A stretch of DNA of 33,476 nucleotides. Origin: Neovahlkampfia damariscottae. Taxonomy: Eukaryota. The position numbers and the translations under genes were made by a program. The stretch spans positions 124,001 to 157,476 of the forward strand of contig JABLTG010000022.1 of NCBI GenBank assembly GCA_016618085.1, in the 5' to 3' direction. The notes below the pieces were generated by a model that did no database searches, had not been told where the DNA came from, and was given only the letters and a program-made list of their open reading frames with translations. Shown here piece after piece: positions 22,886 to 32,484 of this stretch (position 1 is the first letter of the stretch; each line of letters begins with the position of its first letter).

Positions 22886-22895
22886 GGCGCGAAAA
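22886..22895 (-). promoter_or_regulatory. E2F-type site TTTTCGCGCC upstream of NDC80
   Basis: Exact match to the TTTSSCGC consensus, 10 nt upstream of the ATG and next to a CCAAT box at 22905-22910. Confidence 0.5.
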
Positions 22896-23012
22896 CAAAT
22901 TTGACCAATCAACTTTACCCAACACTTTTATCAAATCAAAACTTGTAACGGTCAAATTTGTACATTTGAATAATGACGGGAATACAATATAATTTGAAAC
23001 AAAAACTTTCAT

Positions 23013-23902
23013 TTAACAGAATTTTCCTCTTAATCTTTCTTGTATCCATGGTCTTGGATCTTCTAACTCTTTCGGTTTTGTGTTCAAATATTGTCTTGCA
23101 CATTTATCTGGATTACCTGATCTTTGTCCTGAAGGTGGGTGCCATCTTGAATTTGCTGTTCTACTTCCTGAATAAATTTCAAAATGTAACATTCCACAAT
23201 AACTTGCAATACCAATTAATTGACCTCTTTTAATAGTTTGACCTCTTTTTACATTTACTTTATTTCCATCTACTTCTCCATAATTAATAGTTTTTCCTAA
23301 TTTTGGATGATAAACCATCACAGCAACTGTTTGACAATTACCACCTCTACATCCCCTTTTTAAAGTTTTATCAGAATTTCTTAGAAATATTTACCATCCT
23401 GAAAGAAGTTAATACACTATTGATATTTTAATTTACCATTTTTGCAAGTCAAAAAGTTGAAAATGTTTGTAACTGTACCATCTTCAACAGCAAGTACGTG
23501 ACCTGGTGATTTTGTATAAATGTCAATACCAGCATGGCATCTAGCTCCACCACCTCTTTCACCACCCCAATTTACAGAAACTCTACTGAAAGAACTTTGT
23601 TTTACTGGAAAGCATAAACCTGAAGGAGTTTGTCTTGTTTTTAAATAATTTGAAGCAACCCATGCGTTTCCAAATGATGCTTTTACTTTCCACCAGGTAT
23701 ATCCACATCCTGTTTGTTCTTGTCCTAAACTTGTTACTGTTGTTCCAATGTTAAGTTGTCCAACAACTCTTTGGTTTGTACAAGGACCAGCTCTGGCATT
23801 GACATTTGAACCAGTACATTCTAAAATTGTTCCTGATGGTGGTGGTTTTGATAAACAAGTTTGAATTACAAAGAAGACTACAAACAAAGTCAACCACTTC
23901 AT
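23013..23902 (-). CDS. Secreted bacterial-type SH3b + M23 metallopeptidase (putative peptidoglycan hydrolase); introns at 23399-23436 and 23356-23394 flank a 4-nt exon at 23395-23398
   Basis: Signal peptide; SH3b motifs (NVNARAGP...VVGQL...WWKV...AWVASNYL); M23 motifs RCHAGIDIY, VLAVEDGTV, NYGEV, VKRGQ.IKRGQLIG, LHFEIY and DPRPW. Confidence 0.85.
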
Positions 23903-23996
23903 TTTTTGTTGAGTTTATTTGACCAATAAAATGAGATCGAGTCAACTTTTGTTGATAGTAATTTCAATAAATATATCATATATGAAATGAAACACT

Positions 23997-24866
23997 TCAA
24001 TATTTAAATTTGAATGTTTCTTCAATTGTTGAAACAAATTCTCTTTTCAAATCAAAATCTTTTTCGTCAACTGTCAATAACACTGAATAAAATATTGAAG
24101 TTTTCTTTTTGGATTGAAATTTATTACAAAATCCAAATAATTGAATTTCTAAATGATTATGTTCTTCTTTTAAATTTCCAAAATCATTAGGAATGAGATT
24201 TAGTTGTTCCATTTTTTTGACATCAGAGCAAACAACAAAATATTGATCAAACTTTATCAAATATAACATTTCCATCAAATTTTTCATTGAATAATCTGAT
24301 AATAATCTCTTTTTTATGTTATCAATAATTTTAGCATGAAATAAGTATTTGATATTCACTGGATTTTGTGGTATGAAATCATTTCGTATCAATCCCATTG
24401 TTTTAAAACTAGAAATTATCTTTTTTGAATACTTATAATCACCAATTAATAAATAAAATGAATTGTTAATTTCAATGAAGAAATAATCATCTCCATCTTT
24501 GAATAAATTAAAAAGAGACATTGAATCAAAGTAGAAATGTTTTAAAGGTATAACTCTTGAAAATTGATCTTTAAATGAAAATTTTGAATATAACTTTTCT
24601 TCTTTGTTTTTTAAACAAGTTCCAAATCGTTTTCTTGCAAGACACTCTATTTTCCAATCCACTTTATAAGGTTCTTTGTGGAATTTCAATGGTTTTGGAG
24701 TGATATATTTTTTCATTATTTGTTTCCATAAAATATTCTTTTTTGAGACTTGATTGAAGAGTTTACAAGTAACACCGATATATAAAATTTCTTCAACATT
24801 TAAAAATAGAAAAACTTCAAATGTTTCATCTTGATTTAACAAAAAATTTTGTTGATCCAGCTCCAT
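23997..24866 (-). CDS. F-box domain protein
   Basis: N-terminal LNQDETFEVFLFLNVEEILYIGVTCKLFNQVSKKNILWK matches the F-box consensus. Confidence 0.8.
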   Translation of the reverse strand: MELDQQNFLLNQDETFEVFLFLNVEEILYIGVTCKLFNQVSKKNILWKQIMKKYITPKPLKFHKEPYKVDWKIECLARKRFGTCLKNKEEKLYSKFSFKDQFSRVIPLKHFYFDSMSLFNLFKDGDDYFFIEINNSFYLLIGDYKYSKKIISSFKTMGLIRNDFIPQNPVNIKYLFHAKIIDNIKKRLLSDYSMKNLMEMLYLIKFDQYFVVCSDVKKMEQLNLIPNDFGNLKEEHNHLEIQLFGFCNKFQSKKKTSIFYSVLLTVDEKDFDLKREFVSTIEETFKFKY

Positions 24867-24901
24867 AGTTAAAAAAATGAATTTGATTGGAGAAATGTTT
24901 T

Positions 24902-26401
24902 TTATTGTTCATCTTTTATTATCCACATTTCATCTGTATATTTTGAATCTCTAACACGAAGGAATTGAAACTTCAAATGAGTTGCATTATAAACTGTCAT
25001 TCTTCCAAAACCATAATGAGTATCATCTGAAAAAGCAAACATTGGACGTTCTAACAATTCTTTTCCACAATATTTTTCAACACCAACACCCGCACCTCCT
25101 GATCCAACCATCAAATGAACAGGTCCTTGAGGATTTCTGTAAATATTTCCTGATGTTTGAAATGGTCTTCCATTAAAAACAGGATATGATCTATAATAAC
25201 AATGATAATGACCCCAATGAGCAAGGTCTACTTTATACTTCATTAATAAAGGTTCAATATTTTTTCTGATATCATTATCACCTGGACGTAAATCATACAT
25301 TGGTCTATGACCTTGAATCATAATCCATGGAACACTTGCTCTATTTGCATGTGCTCTTTGTAAATCACGTTCAATCCATTGATATTGTGGACTTCCTACT
25401 TCAAATGAGTCATATTTTGCTTCAGTGTTCATGCTAATCATATGTATTCCACCAAAGTCATGTGAAAAAAACATATTTTGTTTTCCATTTTCTGGCATTG
25501 ACCATCTATTATTATAAGCTGTGTAGTTATGATATTGTTCATGATTTCCAGATGTTACCATGTATGGAATTCTTGATGCATAAGGTTCTACTTGTCTTTG
25601 AAATAAATCCCAAAGTCTTTGAAATTCAAATTTTCCATTTGAACCTAAATCTGCATAAACAATATCTCCTACATGTGTCACTAAATCAAATGGTTCATTT
25701 TTATAATGATATTCAATTTCTTTTGAAACAAGAAAGCCCATTGGAATAATACCCATATCACCAAACATAACCATACGTAATGGAAATTTATCTTTTAAAG
25801 TGTTGAAGATACGTACTTTACTCCATTCATTTGAAACTTTATCACCAACTTGATACTTGTAAATAGTACCTGGTTTTAAACCTTTCAATAAAACTTTGTG
25901 CATATATTTATCTGTATGATATGGTACAGGTGTTTTATATGTCCATTGTACTCCAGTTACTTCTTGATCTAAATTTTCAACACCAAATTTTACAACAGTT
26001 GATTTTTTTTCACCTGAAAAAATAGATTAAAAAAAATTAGATTTACCAGCAGTAGCCCACATAATTTTCATTTCATCTGCGTTTTGAGTGACAGCTAAAT
26101 GAATTTGTTCTGGTAAACCATCGTCTGCTTTGATTAATGAACCATATGTTTTTTCAAATTGACTCCATGTCATATGTGGTCGATTTTCTAAAAATCTTTT
26201 TGCAAAATTTGCTGATTTTTCTTCATCTGCTTTTGTTCTTTCTGTGTATCCAAGAAAATAATGACCAAACTCTTTTTCATCTATGACACCATCTTTATTT
26301 GAATCTAAATAGTCAAAGTAAGTTTTTAGTTCAACATTGCCAAATACATTTGAAAATAAAGCAAAGAGAATAAACACTCCAAACGTCAACTTTCCAAACA
26401 T
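24902..26401 (-). CDS. Secreted purple acid phosphatase (ACP7-like) with N-terminal EF-hand; intron at 26014-26046
   Basis: All five PAP motifs are present (GDMG, GDIVY, GNHE, GHRPMY, GHYH), with a PAP N-domain PEQIHLA...IMWAT and EF-hand loop DSNKDGVIDEKE after a signal peptide. Confidence 0.9.
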
Positions 26402-26528
26402 TACTAAATTGACCAATAGATTTGATGTTTGGAAACTCCAAATTTGGATATTTACTTGGTATTCAGCCGAATTTACAATTTTTGATGAGTTGTTTCAAAA
26501 AGATGAAAATTGAATTTTTTATTTTCCA

Positions 26529-27338
26529 TTAATTTTGAAACAAAAACTTCATTAAAATTGGATTATGATCTGAAATTTCATCTTCATCAATTTTTTCAAT
26601 TGATTTCACCTTTATGTCTTTCAAACTAGTTTTGTTCACAAAAATATAATCAATTCTTGTATTGTATCTGCAAGTTGGTGTTACTTTTTCAAATTGACTC
26701 CAAATATCAACAAAATCTTCTTCAATCAAATGAATCAGTTTTGTTTTTGGTTTCTCCCAAAATCCATCTCTCCTAACTTTTTCAATTTTCTTCCATTCTG
26801 TTTTTGAATAATCATCAATCCTCAAAGCATTGAAATCACCAAATAATATATTACATGAATTCAATTCCAATTCATTTTTTATTTGATTATACTGTTCAAT
26901 TCTGTGTTCTTCCAGTTCAACGTCGAGATGAGTAACACCCAAATGCAAATCATCAAATTTGACCACCATAAAACCTCTTGTTTCTACTTGTTCAATTTTT
27001 AATTCTTTTTGAATGGTTTCTGTAATTTTGTATTTACTAAATATTGCATTTCCAAAATATCCCTCATAAACAGGATGAAAAAAAAAATTCATCTTCAAGT
27101 GTTTTGCCAAATAATATAACTCTTCACCATCAAGTACTTCCTTACTTATTTAATTTTTTTGTTGAAATACTTGTAAACCTAAGAAATCTAAATCAAAGTC
27201 TGCTAAGAATTCAGTCAACTTTTTTATGCTTGGATAAAAGTCTTTTGTTTTCCACTCATGTATGTTATAAGTCATGATTTTATACTCTTTTTTAACTTCT
27301 TTTTTGAACAAAACATCAGAAAATTCGTTGTGTATCAT
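26529..27338 (-). CDS. Endonuclease/exonuclease/phosphatase (EEP) family protein; intron at 27141-27170
   Basis: Motifs MTYNIH, DFLGLQ|EV, GNAIFSK, THLD, GDFNA, RIDYIF and SDHNP. Confidence 0.9.
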
Positions 27339-27406
27339 AAGAGATTTTCTACAGAAATTTGATTGGTCAAAAATTGAAGCTTTATTTGTGATCAAACTAC
27401 AGAATT

Positions 27407-28110
27407 TCTTTGCACAATAATGTAATCAGAACACCATCCAGTTTTCATTTCCATTTTCAAGTGAATGGAGTTTTTCGAAAATATCGAATTTGTTTGTTTT
27501 CTTAGGATAACTCCAACAATTATTGATGCAGAATGACGAATAGTAACGAAATAAGCACAAACACAAGAGCAATGAATATCATAAAAAAGTGAAAATACAA
27601 ATAGAAAGTCATCACTTCATTTGCGGCTTGAATGTTTGCTTCGAACTCTTGTAGTTCTTCACCAGATAATTTTTCAGTTGTGAGTAGTAGTGGGGCTATG
27701 CTTGAAACCAGAGAGTAATTTTTACAGAAACAAAGAGTAACAAACTATATCAAAAATTCCGCCCAAATTTTTTCAAGTCCAAACCAACCACCCAACATCT
27801 GAGATCAAGAAACCCATAAAACTAACATCTGTAAAACAATAAAATTTTTTGTTTTGTAGATACATGATTCATTGTTTCCTTTACTTGTAAATAAACCAAA
27901 AAAATAATTGTAAAAATTAGCCAATGAACGGGAAAATAAAAAAAATAATAAAACAAGCAGCTGAGGAGCTTTGGAATTTGAACTGGTGAAGAGGATTGTA
28001 TTGATGGTTACTATGTGCAGTTGGCGTTTTAAAATTAATTGGATGTTGATGATGGAACTAAGTGAAATGGAATTAATGGAGGTATGTCGATTTTGGTGAC
28101 TGGATTGAAG
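27407..28110 (-). pseudogene. Degraded remnant of a membrane-protein gene
   Basis: Protein-like fragments in shifting frames (LGGWFGLEKIWAEFL; TEKLSGEELQEFEANIQAANEVMTFYLYFHFFMIFIALVFVLISLLF; IIVGVILRKQTNSIFFEKLHSLE) are interrupted by stops. Confidence 0.3.
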
Positions 28111-28211
28111 AAAAAAAAATTAAATAATTGATTTAATGGATTAATCATTATATTTAGGTGGAAGTTGGTAACTGAATATGGATGAAGTGCCAAAAAAATT
28201 TCTTTCTTGAT

Positions 28212-29510
28212 TTATTTATTTGAGCGCAATGTTTGATCACCAACCTGCAAAGAGTAAATGCCATTATTGTCTTTATCCTCACTAACAATTCCTTTTTCTG
28301 AATAAAGTTCTATTTTTCCAGGGTTCAAGAGGAAAAATTCGAAGGCATCTGGGGTTTGCAACTTATTTTGATAAATCATTACCTCCGCAAGTTGAGGGCC
28401 TCCTGTTAAAACACCGTAATTCACTGCCGTTTGAGCAATCCAATCAAATGTCATGGCATGATTCGCATAATTTGTTTTTTGCCTTTCCTTTTTTTCCTCA
28501 TACTTTTCTATTTGTTCCTTTGCCATCTTTTCTGCTGTCTCTTCTTCCCCAGAATCAAGAAAATTTTGTTTTACTAGCGCTTTATCACGAAACTTGTACT
28601 CAACAAAAAGTTCGTTGTAGGTTTCTTCATTTGCAGTATTTGTGATTACAATATCTTTCTCTGCCACTTTCATAATAATTCTTTTTTCCGTTGTGCCATC
28701 ATAATATTTGGAGATATTTTGTTGAAAATCCAGAACAAAAATCGTCGGCGCGGATTTATCATGAACAGATCCTAAATAATAGTGTGTCGCAAGAGTTGCG
28801 TTGGTATTAGTGGTGCCAGATTTTTTGGTGTCCAAACCGAATTCAAAAATATTTTTCAAGTTTTCTATCATGATTCTGTAAGTCCCTTGACTCCAACACA
28901 ATGAAAAAGGAAATCGTTTCCAGCAAATTTTTCTTTCAAATACTCTATTTTTTCTATTCCTTCCAACTTTTTCTTTGGAGGATCTTTTTCAAACAAATAA
29001 AATTGAGAAAGGTCAAAGGAAATTGATTCTAATTTCTTGTCTATCAAACTTTTCCGACTGATTAATCTTTGGTTCAATCAATTCTGTTTGGTTTTTTAGT
29101 GGTGTTGTTCTTAAACTGAAGCCTCCATTTGTTGATAAAACATGAAAATCAAGCATTTTAAAATACCCAATTAAATTCTCAATAGCTGATAAACTATCGT
29201 AACTTGGAGTATCTCTCACCATCTGATAATCATTCCATTGCGTGGAATTACATTTGCTTCTTCTAATTCTGATTTTTCCATGTTATATTCTTTCAATTTT
29301 TCAATTTTTGTTTTTGTAACGTAGGTTGTAATGTTATGTTTTCTGATAACTCTGAAATCAGTATTGTTGAGTGTTTCATAACATACACAGATTTATCTTT
29401 TGTTCCTTCTTCAGCAGCAAAAGTGTAAAGAGTGAAATTTACTTTTTGTTTTTCTCCTAAACATTCTTCAATTGCTTCAATGTAGTCTTCTTTTTCGATT
29501 ATCCAAAATC
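28212..29510 (-). pseudogene. Frameshifted remnant resembling bacterial AAA-ATPase-like (PF09820) + PD-(D/E)XK nuclease (PF08011/DUF1703) proteins
   Basis: Consecutive fragments lie in different frames. NGGFSL, FL*PFSIL and CWSQGT echo the YNGY/YNPFSIL/YWFETGT motifs. KDIVIT...LFVEYK...AEKMAKEQIEKY matches the nuclease D...E.K plus A..QI...Y pattern. Confidence 0.5.
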
Positions 29511-29523
29511 TTTATCCAATCAA

Positions 29524-31830
29524 ATGTTATTTGAAAATGAAAACACCAAGTTGGTCAACAAAATTTGGAAAGATGATTCTACGTTGGAAGAAATAGTAAA
29601 ATATGAATATGAAAAGGTGAATAAAAGCAAGTACACCAAAGAAGACGTTGAGTTACTCAACAAAAACCGATTAATAAGTTTTGGAGATTGGAAGGAATTA
29701 TGTACTCGTTTTAATGCCGTAGAAAGAAGCAAAAAATTGAATTATGGTTTGGTTATTTGCTTGGATAAAGTTGCTGGTATTCAACCAGAAAATGTAAGTT
29801 CACAAAAAAATTAAAAAAAATATGAAAAGGTATCAGAAAGTGCATCATTTGAAGAAGGTTAAAAAAAAAGAAAAAGAGAATTATTTGAACCTGAATCAAA
29901 AAAGTTCAAAAATTATAGGAAAGACGAAAAATATGAAATATTAAAAGAATTAACCACAATTCAATCTTTGAATCATTTAAAACAATCTCCAAAAGAAATG
30001 AAATTTAATTTTTATCAAAGAGAAGAAGGTGAAAAAGTTGCTAAAAAATCAGCAATTGAGAATTTAGATTTAATTAAAAGATTTAAAAATGGAACATACG
30101 GCAAACAAGATATAAAATATTTATTACATATTGGAGGTTCAGGAATGGGTAAAACAAGATCTTTGTTGGAATTAAGAAATATTTTATTAAAAATTGATTC
30201 AAAAAAATATCCAGATTTTCAAAACACTTTACAAATTTATATTGATTTTTTTAATGGTGATAAAATTCTTAATAAAGAGCAAAGATCCTGATGATATACT
30301 TGGTGTTAGAATATTTAGTAGATTTTTTAGAAACGAAAAAATTGAAGAATTTCAAGTTGAAAATAATTTTAAAATTTATTCAAATTCTGGTATTTTTAAT
30401 TTACGTATCGTATTAGATTTTTTAAATGATTATATGAATAAATATAACAATGCAAATAATATTAAAGGATACACACCAATTATCATTAATTTAGATGAAA
30501 TACAATATACTTTAAATCAATTTGAAGGTGAATGGAAAAACATTAGAAATAATATTGGATCATATATTTGGGGAAGAAAAGATAAAATTGAAAATTATAA
30601 TTTAATTTTAATACCAAGTATTGGACGAACAAAAATTAATGATATTAAATTTGATCCAACTGAATATGGTTTTTATGAATTCAATTAGATTCATTTAAAA
30701 TTGAAACATTAAAAAAAATATTATCCGATGAAAAAATTGATCAATATGAAAATGAAAATATAAAAAGTGAATTTTATAGATTTTGGATATTATGTTCTTT
30801 AATTCCAAGAGATTTGGAAAAAGGAATTAAAATTTTTACAGATAATTACAATAAACTTCAAGAAAGTACTCAAAATGAAATTCAAATTGATATTGAATTT
30901 ATGAATGAATGTTATAATGAAATGAATATCAAAGAATTAGATGATGAAACAAAAAAATATTCAAATGATTTACTTTTAATACTATTTTCAAATCTCCAAT
31001 ATACTGAACTAGAAAATAAACATATCCAATTAACATATAAATTTATTGAAAAAGGAATTTTACATCAATTGAATGGTAGAATATTTACATCTCATTTCAT
31101 ATTTAAAAAATTATGTGAATACAAAAAAATTTTACCTTTAGATTTATTACCAGATTTAAAAAGATCAATAACATGGCAATTATTTGAAAAATTAGATTTA
31201 TTTAGATTATCATTATTATTTCATTATAGAAAAGATATTAATTTTGGAGAATTACATAAAATAACAAATATTTTTCCAGGTTATGCCAATGATGATGTTT
31301 TAGATCTCAAAATTAATTATAATGAAAGGGATTATGCATTAGAAACAAATGCTTTTATTGAATTGAAAAATAAGAAGTTAAAATATTTTTCAACAAAACC
31401 AATTGAAATAACGAAAAGAAAAAAACCATTAACAGAAGAATATTTTTTTAAATTTATATTTCAATTATCTCTAAATCATCCAAAATTCGATGGAAGATTG
31501 TTTATTAAAAATCCAGATCAAAGTTGTATGGATTATTTAATATTTATTCAATATAAACATACAAGTGAAGAAGAAACAGAAAAAAATCCAATTAACTGGT
31601 ATAATGATATGATATTAAAAATGAATAATCATTTTACAGATTATGATAAAATTTATGTTTTCATTACAAATGGAAAAATTAATGAGGGTCAAAAAAAGAA
31701 AATTTTAGATTTGGAAGATTTAATTGTAATTGATAATAATAAACTTCAAGAATATATGAATCCAAATATATCTTCATATTTTGGAGATTTAGATTTATTA
31801 ATTGTTGATGAAGAATCAAATTCAGAATGA
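29524..31830 (+). pseudogene. Crinkler/RHS (CR)-type effector-like gene: helical header + P-loop NTPase + restriction-endonuclease-fold domain, with about 3 frame disruptions
   Basis: Walker A HIGGSGMGKT, Walker B IIINLDEIQ, IPRDLE motif and C-terminal HPKFDG...LIFIQYKHT...IYVFITN. There is a probable intron at 29794-29829 and breaks near 29860, 30285 and 30686. Confidence 0.65.
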
Positions 31831-32484
31831 TTTATAAAGTTTAATTTCACTGTATTCGTGATTTTTACGAGAAGAATTTAAAAATTTGATGAATTTGAAA
31901 TACTAAGTGAAACAAGAAAACTGACAATTTACAGGATTAAAACTTTCAAAATAGAATGCAATTTATGAATTCATATTTTGGAATTTGTCTTTTGAATGAG
32001 ACAGAGAAATAAAATATATTGAAATATCTGAAATGGATTGGTTTTTGTGATTACATGCTAGTAACATTATGATTTTTGTTGTGCATTATGATTTTTACAA
32101 AATTTTTGGTTATTGGTAATTGCTTTTTGGTATGTAAATTATTGTCTCGACAAAATTAAAAAAGAAAAATTCTTTTATTATAATGCATCTGATTGCCAGT
32201 TTTTAGCAGCAAACGAAACCCAGGCTTCAAATAATTCTAATTTATTATCAATTTCTTAAGAACAGCTTTTATTACATCAACCAAATGCAAATTTCTAACT
32301 CATTTAACTGCAAGTTTGATATCCAAACAGTAAATGTTCAACAATGTTTTTCCATGATGTTGCAAGAAAGTAACAGTTATTAATAAATCAACATCATTTT
32401 TGATATCAGATAACGAAACCCAGAGTTACTTCCAAATTTATGAGCATTTGGGATAATAAAATTTCTGTCCTACATTTTTTTCAG

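Noticed and set aside
23013..23902. Bacterial contamination as the source of the M23 gene
   Set aside because: The gene has spliceosomal introns, host-like composition and the host CCAAT motif, and it sits between NDC80 and an F-box gene.
32212..32423. 12-nt direct repeat AACGAAACCCAG exactly 200 nt apart, and a CATTATGATTTTT duplication near 32065-32096
   Set aside because: There are only two copies of each, with no element structure or coding content between them.
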